A stretch of DNA of 45,219 nucleotides from Gemmatimonadales bacterium. Lineage in GTDB: Bacteria > Gemmatimonadota > Gemmatimonadetes > Gemmatimonadales > GWC2-71-9. The stretch covers positions 1 to 45,219 of the forward strand of contig DAOMFQ010000001.1 of assembly GCA_035429905.1 (NCBI GenBank). Reading direction: 5' to 3'. A program made the translations under genes and the position numbers. Below the pieces are notes generated by a model. That model had not been told where the DNA came from. It saw nothing but the letters and a program-made list of their open reading frames with translations, and searched no databases. Shown here one piece after another: positions 29,648-38,367 of the stretch; within the stretch, counting starts at the first letter, position 1, and every line of letters starts with the position of its first letter.

Positions 29648-30028
29648 ATGGAGCCACCGTCCATGACCATGCTGCTCCTTCTTGCCCTCGGATTGGCCGC
29701 CGGCGTCCTCTCCGGCCTCTTCGGCATCGGGGGCGGCCTCATCATCGTGAGCGCCCTGGTGCTCGTGGCGCGCTGGCCGATCCTCCAGGCCACCGGCACG
29801 TCGCTCGGGGCGCTGCTGCTGCCGGTCGGCCTGCTCGGCGCGATGGAATACCACCGCCGCGGCCTGCTCGACATCAAGGCCTCCGCGCTCATCGCGCTGG
29901 GCATCTTCCTCGGCGTCTGGTTCGGCGCGAAGCTCGCCATCGGGACGCCGCCGGCCACCCTGCAGCGGATGTTCGCCGTATTCCTCATGTTCATGGCGGT
30001 CCGGATGTGGATCGGCGCGGGACGCTGA
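29648..30028 (+). CDS. half-size (4-TM, 126 aa) TauE/SafE (TSUP) family membrane protein
   Basis: The protein reads LLLLALGLAAGVLSGLFGIGGGLIIVSALVLV...GTSLGALLLPVGLLGAMEYHRRG...ALGIFLGVWFGAKLA, which is the TSUP repeat signature. Alternative ATGs lie at 29663 and 29669. Confidence 0.75.
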   Translation: MEPPSMTMLLLLALGLAAGVLSGLFGIGGGLIIVSALVLVARWPILQATGTSLGALLLPVGLLGAMEYHRRGLLDIKASALIALGIFLGVWFGAKLAIGTPPATLQRMFAVFLMFMAVRMWIGAGR

Positions 30029-30070
30029 GCGCCCCGCGCCGATCGCGGTACGTCGGCGGCCGGTCCGGCC

Positions 30071-31597
30071 TCAGTCGGTGCGCGCCATCATCCGCTTGAT
30101 CGGCAGCACCAGCGTGAACATCAGCAGGCCGGCGATGATGGCGAAGGCCGCCACCGCGCCGAACACCTGCGGCAGCGTGAAGGTCGCGTAGAACCCGAGG
30201 ACGCCGCCCGCGATCAGGTTGCCGATGGACGCGGCCAGGAACCAGACCCCCATCATCATGCCCTTGACTCGATCGGGCGCCAGCCTGGTCATCGAGCTGA
30301 GGCCCACCGGGCTCAGGCTCAATTCGCCGATCGTGTGGAGCAGGTAGGTGGCCACCAGCCACATCGGGCTCACGAGCACGCCGGCGGCCGAGGCCTTGGC
30401 CGCGCCCACCATGACGACGAACCCGAGCCCGACGCACACCAGGCCGAAGCCGAACTTGGCCGGGCTGGACGGGTCGTGCTTGCCGAGCGCCAGCCAGATC
30501 CACGCGAACACCGGCGCGAAGATGATGATCATCAGTGCGTTCACCGACTGGAACCAGCTCGACGGGAACGTCAGGCCAAACACGCTGTTCCGCGTGTTGT
30601 TGGCGGCGAACAGGTTGAGGCTGGTGGCCGCCTGCTCGAACGCCGACCAGAAGATCGCCGCACCGACGAACAGCACGACGATGACGACCAGCCGCTTGCG
30701 CTCCTCGTTCGTCCAGGTGTTTCCGGCAAAGAGCCAGACGAAGAATGCCACCACGACCGCCAGGTACACCCACTTGAATCCATTCGTGATCGATTCCGCA
30801 CTGATGACGCCCTGGCGCACCAGCAAGCCCAGGACCACGATGAGGGCGATGAGGCCCAGGAATCCCCCGCCCAGTCGCCGCCGCGCCGACCGGCCTTCCT
30901 CCGACTCGGGCGGGACACTGGGGTGGATGCCCGCATCGCCGAAGTGCTTCCATCCCAGGCGATACTGGATGACCCCGAAGAACATCCCGAGCGCGCCGAC
31001 GCCGAAGCCCCAGTTCCAGGACGTCGCCGGGTTGAAGCCCATGCCCTCGAGCACGCCCTTGAAGGTGGGGCTCTGGGCCAGCCACCCGACGATGAGCGGC
31101 GAGATGAATGCCCCGAGGTTGATGCCCATGTAGAAGATCGAGAAGCCGGCGTCGCGGCGCTGGTCCTCCTTGCCGTAGAGCTCCCCGACGATGGCGCTCA
31201 CGTTCGGCTTCAGCAGGCCGGTGCCCAGGATGATGAAGGCCAGGCCGAGATAGAAGAGCTTGGCCCCGGGAACCGCCAGGCTCAGTTGCCCGAGCATGAT
31301 GAGGATGCCGCCGTAGAACACCGAGCGCCGGAGCCCGAGGATGCGGTCGGCCACCCATCCGCCCGGCAGCCCCAGCATGTACACCAGCGCCACGTAGGTG
31401 CCATATACCGCGCCGGCGCGCCCCACCTCGAAGCCGAGGCCGCCGGCCGCCACCGAGGCCGTCATGAAGAGGACGAGGATGGCGCGCATGCCGTAGTAGG
31501 CGAAGCGCTCCCACATCTCGGTGAAGAAGAGGGTGGAGAGCCCCCTCGGGTGACCGAAGAAGGCGGTATCGGTCGAGGGCGAGGTTCCTGTGGCCAC
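30071..31597 (-). CDS. proton-dependent oligopeptide transporter (POT/PTR2, DtpT-like)
   Basis: It carries the PTR2 signature FFGHPRGLSTLFFTEMWERFAYYGMRAILVLFMT and a second signature FSIFYMGINLGAFISP. GTG 31597 has GGAG 8 nt upstream. Confidence 0.92.
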   Translation of the reverse strand: MATGTSPSTDTAFFGHPRGLSTLFFTEMWERFAYYGMRAILVLFMTASVAAGGLGFEVGRAGAVYGTYVALVYMLGLPGGWVADRILGLRRSVFYGGILIMLGQLSLAVPGAKLFYLGLAFIILGTGLLKPNVSAIVGELYGKEDQRRDAGFSIFYMGINLGAFISPLIVGWLAQSPTFKGVLEGMGFNPATSWNWGFGVGALGMFFGVIQYRLGWKHFGDAGIHPSVPPESEEGRSARRRLGGGFLGLIALIVVLGLLVRQGVISAESITNGFKWVYLAVVVAFFVWLFAGNTWTNEERKRLVVIVVLFVGAAIFWSAFEQAATSLNLFAANNTRNSVFGLTFPSSWFQSVNALMIIIFAPVFAWIWLALGKHDPSSPAKFGFGLVCVGLGFVVMVGAAKASAAGVLVSPMWLVATYLLHTIGELSLSPVGLSSMTRLAPDRVKGMMMGVWFLAASIGNLIAGGVLGFYATFTLPQVFGAVAAFAIIAGLLMFTLVLPIKRMMARTD

Positions 31598-31635
31598 GAA
31601 GGTGACTCCGGGTTGAAGTGGGCGGGCGCGCCGGC

Positions 31636-32673
31636 TCAGGGAGCCACGCCCCGCTTCGCAAGGATGTCCTGCAGGACCACGCGGTCGATCTGTCCGTCCA
31701 TCCGGACCCTGACGTCGTAGTTTTCCCAGTACATGAAGTCCCGCAGCGCGGCGAGGAACACGGCGTTCGCGGTGCCCTGGGGCGCGGCGAGCCACTTCTG
31801 CGCCTGCCCCCTCGGCTCCGACAGGAGGATCGGTTCCAGCTGCCGGACGATGGCCGGCGTGATCGGCTCGAGGTCGGCCGGATTTGTCGGGAAGAAGTGC
31901 AGGGTGTGCAGGGCCAGCAGCCGGGTGAGCTCCGCGATCGGGTCCGGGGCATCGTACACCCGGATGTCCACGAACCGGTCGTTGGCGCCGAGATAGCCGC
32001 CGTGCGCCCGCACCACGAGCAGCGCGGCGGACTGCATGCCGCGCTTGTCCCCACCCCCCGCCTGCCCCGCCCGGAGCGCCGCCAGCAGCCGATCGGGAAG
32101 CGATCCCGTCGAGTGCGCGAAGCTCTCCGCCATGTTCCGCACCGTCATGTCCGACACCATGATGTTCGCCTGCGCGGCGAACCCGTGCCCCACGATGACC
32201 TGCCCCTTGCCCCCGGAGACGGTTCCCGCCCCCTCGGGCGCACCGACCCGTCCGCCGGCCCAGTCGAAGGTCCGCTCGCCGGTGAAGCTGGCCGCGCCGC
32301 CGTGCGCGTCCACCATGCCCACCTGGCGGTCGCCGAGCATCGTGTCACTCCGCATCACGATGCGGAGCGCCTCGCCGGCGGTGGCGCCCTGCGCCATCAG
32401 CTGGAGGCCGAGCTCGCCGTAGGCCGTGTTGGCCAGGCTCTGGGTCGCGACGGCGCCGACGCCGGCCTGCGCCCAGGGCACGATGCCCCCGACGTTTGGG
32501 AACTTCGACTGCACCGCCACGCCCAGGTCGCCGGTCACCGAGTCCCAGGCCACGATGCTGTACGTGTGGGCCAGCTTCTCGAAATGCGCCGGGGGCGCAG
32601 TCGGCTGCTGCGCCGAGAGCGCGGCGAACGGCAGGAGGAGGACCGGCAGCGCGCTGCCCCAGACCGCCCTCAT
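31636..32673 (-). CDS. secreted DUF1028 (Ntn-hydrolase-like) protein with C-terminal PG_binding_2-like domain
   Basis: It has a signal peptide (MRAVWGSALPVLLLPFAALSAQQ). The core reads HTYSIVAWDSVTGDLGVAVQSKFPNVGGIVPWAQAGVGAVATQS, and DKRGMQSAALLV is also present. The ATG overlaps the upstream stop (ATGA). Confidence 0.8.
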   Translation of the reverse strand: MRAVWGSALPVLLLPFAALSAQQPTAPPAHFEKLAHTYSIVAWDSVTGDLGVAVQSKFPNVGGIVPWAQAGVGAVATQSLANTAYGELGLQLMAQGATAGEALRIVMRSDTMLGDRQVGMVDAHGGAASFTGERTFDWAGGRVGAPEGAGTVSGGKGQVIVGHGFAAQANIMVSDMTVRNMAESFAHSTGSLPDRLLAALRAGQAGGGDKRGMQSAALLVVRAHGGYLGANDRFVDIRVYDAPDPIAELTRLLALHTLHFFPTNPADLEPITPAIVRQLEPILLSEPRGQAQKWLAAPQGTANAVFLAALRDFMYWENYDVRVRMDGQIDRVVLQDILAKRGVAP

Positions 32674-33188
32674 CCGTCGCCCCGCACCTTGCGCTTCAGC
32701 ATTTCCAGCTGCGCGTCGGCGGCGGTTTCCCGGGCGGCGCGGTCGAGCTGGTGGCGGAGCGCCGCGTCGTCCACGTCAGGTCCGGTCCCCGGGGGCGGCG
32801 CCACGCTGCCCCGCCGCTGCTGGAATTCCGACCGCATCGACTCGTACTCCCGCTCGGCCAGCGCCAGCTCGTCGCGCTGCACCGCCACCTTGCGCTCCAG
32901 CAGTTCCACGCGCTCGGCGTGCCGGGCCGTGAACCGCCCCGCCACCTCCGCCGTCTCCTGGTCTCCGATGTTGCCGGCCAGCTTGCCGCGCCGCTCGGCG
33001 TCCGCGAGCTGCTGGCGTTCGCTCGCCAGACTCCGCTCGGCGGCCTCGAGGGCGTCCCGCATCGTGGACAGCCCCACCTTGGCGTCGAGCAGGGCGGCGT
33101 GCAGCGCCTGCTGCTGCTCGCGGGCGTCCGCCGGCGGCGTCCGCTCGGCGAGGAACCGATCGAGGCGGGCGCGCAGGCTCTCGAACAC
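32670..33188 (-). CDS. coiled-coil protein of unknown function (PspA/IM30-like heptad composition)
   Basis: The roughly 172-aa protein is rich in A/E/R/L/Q repeats (LADAERRGKLAGN...VELLERKVAVQRDELALAEREYESMRSEF). The GTG start at 33188 lies 2 nt after the zinc-ribbon stop. Confidence 0.55.
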   Translation of the reverse strand: MFESLRARLDRFLAERTPPADAREQQQALHAALLDAKVGLSTMRDALEAAERSLASERQQLADAERRGKLAGNIGDQETAEVAGRFTARHAERVELLERKVAVQRDELALAEREYESMRSEFQQRRGSVAPPPGTGPDVDDAALRHQLDRAARETAADAQLEMLKRKVRGDG

Positions 33189-33190
33189 CG

Positions 33191-33355
33191 TCAGGATTTC
33201 CGGATCGTCTTGGCGTAGAACGGGGTGAAGACCCGCTCGACCTTGGGCGAACCGCAGGCCGGGCACTTCACCGGCACGCGGCCGAGGTCCCGCATCGGGA
33301 GGTTCCGCGAAAAGGCATGATCGCAGGCGGTGCACTGGAAGTCGTACGATGCCAC
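33191..33355 (-). CDS. FmdB-family putative regulatory zinc-ribbon protein
   Basis: The protein reads VASYDFQCTACDHAF...VKCPACGSPKVERVF (YxYxCxxC...CPxCG pattern). The family normally starts right before the Y-x-[YF] motif, so I prefer GTG 33355. The ORF track start is 33412. Confidence 0.75.
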   Translation of the reverse strand: MASYDFQCTACDHAFSRNLPMRDLGRVPVKCPACGSPKVERVFTPFYAKTIRKS

Positions 33356-33497
33356 CGGTCGGGCCTCGCTGGTTGGATGGCGAATGTTACGGATCGGCTC
33401 GGGGGGCGTCAAGCGAGCACGCCCCGGTGCGTGGAATTCGGATTAGCTTTCGGGATCGGCAGTTGCGCCGCGGATCACCCCCGACTGGAGATCGTCC

Positions 33498-33977
33498 ATG
33501 TTCCGCCGCCTCGCGAGCGCCCTCCTCCTGCTTGCCGCCGCCTGCGGCGAGCGCCCGCCCAACGCCGCCTGCGGCGTCGTGGCGCTGGCGGGCCCCACCA
33601 TGCTGTTGTCCGAGTTCGCCACGCCGGGGCAGACGCTGGGGCTCCCGCCCGATTCGCTGCCGCCCCGGCTGGTGGCGCGCATGGTAGCGGGCCCGGCGCT
33701 TCCGGCCATCGTGGGCCGCACCGACTCGGCATGGGTCATCGGCGTCGAAGGCACGCTGCCGCCCGCCGTGACGCCGGGATTCGGCGTCCTGGTGCTCGCC
33801 CCCGATGGGGCCGCTCGCGGCGTCTTCCTCTACGAGGGCAGCCCGATCGCGCAGGCCCCCGTGCTTGGCAGCGTCACGATCGGCGCGCTGACCGTCCCGC
33901 TGCTCGGCATCCAGCTCGACCCGGCCAAGTACGAAGATCCGCGTTGCCCCGTCTTCCCCGACTCGGTGTTGCCGTGA
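33498..33977 (+). CDS. lipoprotein of unknown function
   Basis: The protein begins MFRRLASALLLLAAACGERP, a signal peptide with an LAAAC lipobox. The 159-aa protein has non-Arg-biased composition. Confidence 0.65.
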   Translation: MFRRLASALLLLAAACGERPPNAACGVVALAGPTMLLSEFATPGQTLGLPPDSLPPRLVARMVAGPALPAIVGRTDSAWVIGVEGTLPPAVTPGFGVLVLAPDGAARGVFLYEGSPIAQAPVLGSVTIGALTVPLLGIQLDPAKYEDPRCPVFPDSVLP

Positions 33978-34687
33978 GTCGGATCGCGGTCAGCGGGTTC
34001 GTTCGCGCGGTCGACGGGATCGACCGGACCGGGGTGAACGTCGGGTACGTGGCGCGCGTCGCGGAGGCCGGCGGAATCCCGCTGGTGCTCTCGCCCGCGA
34101 TCGGCGCCAGCCGCGCCGCCGAGGCGCTTGAGGGCTGTGCGGGGCTGTTGCTGAGCGGCGGTGCCGACATCGAGCCGGCGCGCTACGGCGCTGCCCCCTC
34201 GCCGGCGCTCGGCCAGGTGGACCCCGTCCGCGACGCCTTCGAGTTCGCGCTGCTCGACGCCGCGCTCGCCCGTGGCGTGCCCGTCCTCGCCATCTGCCGC
34301 GGCATGCAGCTGGTGAACGTCGCGGCCGGTGGCACCCTTTGGCAGGACCTTCCCTCGGAGCGGCCCGGGAGCGTCCGGCACGAGCAGGCCGCCGCCCGGA
34401 GCGTGCGCACGCACGAGGTGCGGCTCGAGCCCGGCACGCGTACCTCGGGTGCGCTGGGCGTCGGGTCGCTCAGCGCCAATTCAATGCACCACCAGGCGGT
34501 GCGGGAGTTGGGGGCGGGGTTGCGTGCCACGGGGTGGGCGGCGGACGGTGTGATCGAATCGCTGGAGTCGGACGATCCCGGGCGCTGGCTGGTCGCGGTC
34601 CAGTGGCACCCCGAGGACCTGCCCGGCGGGGGTCCGGACGACGGGCTCTTCCGCGCCTTCCTGTCCGCCGCCGGCGGGCGGGCCTAG
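33974..34687 (+). CDS. class I glutamine amidotransferase, peptidase C26 (gamma-glutamyl-GABA hydrolase PuuD-like)
   Basis: GTGA overlap with the lipoprotein stop. It has LLLSGGADIEP, the nucleophile LAICRGMQLVNVAAGG, HHQAV and VAVQWHPE. Confidence 0.88.
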   Translation: MSRIAVSGFVRAVDGIDRTGVNVGYVARVAEAGGIPLVLSPAIGASRAAEALEGCAGLLLSGGADIEPARYGAAPSPALGQVDPVRDAFEFALLDAALARGVPVLAICRGMQLVNVAAGGTLWQDLPSERPGSVRHEQAAARSVRTHEVRLEPGTRTSGALGVGSLSANSMHHQAVRELGAGLRATGWAADGVIESLESDDPGRWLVAVQWHPEDLPGGGPDDGLFRAFLSAAGGRA

Positions 34688-35409
34688 GCGAGGAGGCCGT
34701 CTCCCCGGAGTCGCGCCCGCTCGAGACGGTCGGTGGTGACCACGTTGGGGAAGAAGACGCGGTCGCTCAGGGTCGTGAGTGCACCCCGCACCACGGCGAA
34801 GCGCTCCGAGGCGGTGCGGAACACCGTGCCAAGCCCCAGCCGGTCGGCGAGGGCGTGGTCGGCGGCGAGCCCATAGCCACGGCGACCGAGGGTGTCGTAG
34901 TACTCCAGGCCCGGGCCGCCCCGGCGCACGCGGCGGGCGGCGATGTAGTCGGGAAACACGCCGGCAAGCCAGAGGGCGTAATTGCCCAGGTGGGCCATCA
35001 CCTTGAAGCGACGGTCGCCCTCGGTGGCATCGAGGTCGGCCAGGATGTCCACGAGGTAGCGATGCCGCTGGTCGTCGTTCCAGTCGATCCGAAAGGCCCG
35101 GTCGCGCTGGCCGAAGGCGAGGAGCAGCGCGGCCAGGTAGTCCGCGAGATCGGCGTCGTCCACCCCTTCCGACCGGAGCGCATGCCGGACCATCACGTAA
35201 AGGAACAACGCCTCGGACGGGGCGAGCAGCGTGCGCACCGCCAGCAGGCGTTCCGCAAGTTCCGGGGCGTCCAGCAGGGGAGCCGGCCCTTCCTGGGCCA
35301 GGCGCTGCTCCCAGCGCGCGCGCGCCGGGGCGGAGCCGCGTGCCAGGAGGAGCAGCACGAGCTGCAGGTCGGACTCGTCCAGGTTGCCGCGGGTGTCCGC
35401 AACGATCAT
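34684..35409 (-). CDS. hypothetical 241-aa protein, no family recognised
   Basis: The protein-like segment of ORF 34684..35751 starts at ATG 35409 (MIVADTRGNLDESDLQLVLLLLARG...LGNYALWLAGVFPDYI). The upstream part is the Arg/Ser-rich antisense of the kinase gene. Confidence 0.55.
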   Translation of the reverse strand: MIVADTRGNLDESDLQLVLLLLARGSAPARARWEQRLAQEGPAPLLDAPELAERLLAVRTLLAPSEALFLYVMVRHALRSEGVDDADLADYLAALLLAFGQRDRAFRIDWNDDQRHRYLVDILADLDATEGDRRFKVMAHLGNYALWLAGVFPDYIAARRVRRGGPGLEYYDTLGRRGYGLAADHALADRLGLGTVFRTASERFAVVRGALTTLSDRVFFPNVVTTDRLERARLRGDGLLA

Positions 35410-37294
35410 GAGGCTCGCCCCCGTGATTGATGCCCTTGCCCTGCGCCGGCTGACGGAATTCGCGCAATCACTGCTGGTGGTGCGCGACGCCCCTCTGCTG
35501 GCCGCCCGCCTGGGTGAATCGCTGCGGGTCAGCTTTGCGGGGGCGCCGGTGGAGATCGCCCTTCGGGACCGGGAGCGCGCAATCCTCGTGCCCGTCCGCC
35601 AGCCGGGTGCTGACGGGGGCCACGGAACGCCCCCCCTCGAGGCGGCGCTGGCCGGGCCCATCGAAAGCGGGTCCGCGGACGGAACCTGGCTGGCCGCCCC
35701 GATGATGGTCAATGGAACGGCGGCGGGCTCCGCGGCCGTCCTCTTCCGCAACCGCGCCGTGACCCCGGACGACCGGGCGCTGCTCGACGCCTATCTCGGC
35801 GCCGCGGCCCTCGCCCTCGAGGGGCTTCGCCAGGAGGCCGCGCACGAGGAGGCGCGCCGGGCGTGGGAGCGAATGGTGGACGCAGTTCCCTTTGCCCTCT
35901 GCCTGATCGATGCGACCGGCCGCGCCCGGCGGGCCAACCGCGCCTTCGCCGACCTCGTGCACGCTCCCACGACCGCCATCGCCGGCCGCCCCTGGCTGGC
36001 GCTGGTGCCTCCCGCCTGGGGCGAGGGCCTGGCGGAAACCCTGGCCGCCCCGGGCAGCGGTCTCGAGGTCCACCTCCGGGCCGGCAACCGGACCTTCGCT
36101 GTCAGCGCCTATCCGATCGGTCCGGTGCCGGGCGACGCGGTGCTGGTGTTCGACGACCAGACCGACCGGCGCCGGCTGCAGGACCAGCTCATCCAGTCCG
36201 AGAAGATGTCGGCCATCGGCCAGCTCATCGCGGGCATCGCGCACGACCTCAACAATCCGCTGGCCTCGGTCATCGGCTTCGCGGACTTCCTCCTCGAGGG
36301 CCGCGACATTCCCCCGCCGCTGGTCGAGCCGATCCGGGTCATCCAGCAGGAAGCGGAGCGCGCGGCGAGCATCGTGCGCAACCTGCTGAGCTTCGCGCGG
36401 AAGCAGGACCACCAGCGGCGCCCCACCGAGCTGGCCCCGCTGCTGGGTTCCACGCTGACGCTCCTGCGCACCCAGATGGTGTCGCGGCGCGTCGAGGTCC
36501 TGCTCGACGTCGAGCCCGACCTGCCCACGATCGACGCGGACGCCGGCCAGATCCAGCAGGTGTTCGTGAACCTGATCAACAACGCCTCGCACGCCATCGA
36601 GTCCGCCGGGCGGGCCGGACGGGTGGTCGTCCGCGGGCGGCCCTGGCGCGACGGGGTGGCGGTCGAGGTCACCGACGACGGCCCCGGCATGTCGGCCACG
36701 GTCGCGGCGCAGGTGTTCGAGCCGTTCTTCACCACCAAGCCGGAAGGCCAGGGCACCGGGCTCGGCCTGTCGATTTGCCAGGGCATCGTCAAGGAACACG
36801 GCGGGCGGATCGTCCTCTCGACCGCTCCCGGCCAGGGCGCCACTTTCACCGTTGAACTGCCGAAGAGCAGCCGGCCGGCCGCCCCGCCGCGACCGGCGCT
36901 CGAGCCGAGCCCGACGCCTCCCCTCCGCATCCTCGTCATCGACGACGAGCCGCACATCCTGCACTACATGCGTGCCACGCTCGAATCGTGGGGGCATGGA
37001 GTGGAGGTGGCGGGTGACGGCGAGGCGGGCCTGGAACTGGCGGCGGGCGGCGACTTCGACCTCATCCTCTCCGACCTCCGGATGCCGAGGCTCACCGGGC
37101 GCGAATTCTTCGCGGCGCTGCAGGAGCGCAATCCGGAAGCAGCCAGCCGGGTGGTGTTCAGCACCGGCGACACCGTCCACGGCGACACCACCGCCTTCCT
37201 CGAGGGACAGGCGCACCCCTTCCTCAACAAGCCGTTCAGCCTCGCCGAGCTCCGCGCGCTGCTGGCACGTGCCGCACCGGCCCCGCGCCCGTGA
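35408..37294 (+). CDS. soluble hybrid sensor histidine kinase (GAF-like, PAS, HisKA, HATPase_c, receiver)
   Basis: It has the H-box SEKMSAIGQLIAGIAHDLNNPL, the N-box QVFVNLINNASHA, and the G-boxes DDGPGM and GTGLGLS. The C-terminal REC reads RILVIDDEPH...DLILSDLRMP...LNKPF. No TM segment is present. Start ATG 35408, alternative GTG 35423. Confidence 0.88.
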   Translation: MRLAPVIDALALRRLTEFAQSLLVVRDAPLLAARLGESLRVSFAGAPVEIALRDRERAILVPVRQPGADGGHGTPPLEAALAGPIESGSADGTWLAAPMMVNGTAAGSAAVLFRNRAVTPDDRALLDAYLGAAALALEGLRQEAAHEEARRAWERMVDAVPFALCLIDATGRARRANRAFADLVHAPTTAIAGRPWLALVPPAWGEGLAETLAAPGSGLEVHLRAGNRTFAVSAYPIGPVPGDAVLVFDDQTDRRRLQDQLIQSEKMSAIGQLIAGIAHDLNNPLASVIGFADFLLEGRDIPPPLVEPIRVIQQEAERAASIVRNLLSFARKQDHQRRPTELAPLLGSTLTLLRTQMVSRRVEVLLDVEPDLPTIDADAGQIQQVFVNLINNASHAIESAGRAGRVVVRGRPWRDGVAVEVTDDGPGMSATVAAQVFEPFFTTKPEGQGTGLGLSICQGIVKEHGGRIVLSTAPGQGATFTVELPKSSRPAAPPRPALEPSPTPPLRILVIDDEPHILHYMRATLESWGHGVEVAGDGEAGLELAAGGDFDLILSDLRMPRLTGREFFAALQERNPEAASRVVFSTGDTVHGDTTAFLEGQAHPFLNKPFSLAELRALLARAAPAPRP

Positions 37295-38361
37295 CGCTGC
37301 GGATCGTGCACGTCGCCTCGGGCCGCGAGTGGCGGGGAGGCCAGCGACAGGTGTGGCTCCTCGCCCGGGCACTGGCAAAGCGCGCGGGCGTGGTGCAAAC
37401 CGTGGTGACGGGGCGCGGCAGCCAACTGGCGCGGCGCCTTGCCGCCGACGGGGTCGCCACGGTCACCCCGACGTGGAACGGTGCCTTCTCGTTCCGGGCC
37501 CTCCTGGCGACGGTCCGGGCCGGCGGGCGCGCGACCATCTTCCATGCCCACGATAGCCACGCCCTGACACTGGCCGGACTGGCCAGCCTGATCACCGGTG
37601 CCCACCTGGTCGGGACCCGGCGCGTGGACTTCCCGTTGCGCCGGGCGGGCTTCTGGCGGCGCGCCGACCGTGTCATCGCCATCTCCGAGGCAGTCGAGGC
37701 CGCGCTGATCGCCGGCGGCGTGCCCCCGAGCCGTATCGCGCTGGTCCATTCGGGCATCGCCGTGGATGAGCTGGCCCGCACCACCCCGCACGATCCCCGT
37801 CCCGGACTCGGACTCCCCGCCGGCACCCCGATCGCCATCACGACCGGTGCGCTGGTGCGGCACAAGGACCACCCGACGCTCATCCGCGCCGCGCACATCG
37901 CCTCGGCTTCCAGGCCCGACCTGCACTGGGTGATCGCCGGCGAGGGCCACCTCCGGGGGCACCTGGAGGCGCTGATCGCGGAACTGGATCTCGGAAATCG
38001 GGTCCATCTCCTCGGGGAGGTGCCGGACGCAGCCCGACTCGTGGCGGCCTCGGACCTGTTCGTCATGTCCTCGGTGAAGGAGGGGTTGGGCACGGCGGTG
38101 CTCGATGCGATGGCGCTCGGCATCCCGGTGGTGGGGACGAAGGCGGGGGGAATCCCGGAGCTCCTGGGCGGTGGAGCGGGCCTGCTGGTGAGCCCTCAGG
38201 ATCCCGGGGCACTGGCCAGCGCCGTCGTGGGGCTGCTCGCGAATCCAGCGACCCGCGCGGACCAGGTCGCCCGGGCCCTGGTTGCCGTCCGCCGCTACGG
38301 CGACGAGAGGATGGCCGACGGCGTCCTGCAGGTATATCGTTCCATCACTTCAGCCCAGTGA
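37291..38361 (+). CDS. glycosyltransferase family 4 (GT-B, RfaB-like)
   Basis: The GTG overlaps the kinase stop (GTGA). The protein contains RIVHVASGREWRGGQRQV and the C-terminal motif SVKEGLGTAVLDAMALGIPVVGTKAGGIPELL. Confidence 0.88.
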   Translation: MTLRIVHVASGREWRGGQRQVWLLARALAKRAGVVQTVVTGRGSQLARRLAADGVATVTPTWNGAFSFRALLATVRAGGRATIFHAHDSHALTLAGLASLITGAHLVGTRRVDFPLRRAGFWRRADRVIAISEAVEAALIAGGVPPSRIALVHSGIAVDELARTTPHDPRPGLGLPAGTPIAITTGALVRHKDHPTLIRAAHIASASRPDLHWVIAGEGHLRGHLEALIAELDLGNRVHLLGEVPDAARLVAASDLFVMSSVKEGLGTAVLDAMALGIPVVGTKAGGIPELLGGGAGLLVSPQDPGALASAVVGLLANPATRADQVARALVAVRRYGDERMADGVLQVYRSITSAQ

Positions 38362-38367
38362 TGCGCA

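Noticed and set aside
30029-30070. The palindromes CCGCG-ccgat-CGCGG and GGCCGGtCCGGCC between the convergent TauE and POT genes, considered as a bidirectional terminator.
   Set aside because: The stems are short (5-6 bp), one has a sterically impossible 1-nt loop, and there are no T-tracts. The evidence is too weak to annotate.
29991-32054. A 687-aa minus-strand ORF, plus plus-strand ORFs at 30335..31720 and 31618..33228.
   Set aside because: They are shadow frames of the POT transporter, the DUF1028 gene and the coiled-coil gene. The PTR2 signature frame is the real one.
35468-37378. A 636-aa minus-strand ORF antisense to the histidine kinase.
   Set aside because: It has no motifs and Arg/Gly-rich composition. 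The sense strand has complete H, N, G1 and G2 boxes and a REC domain.
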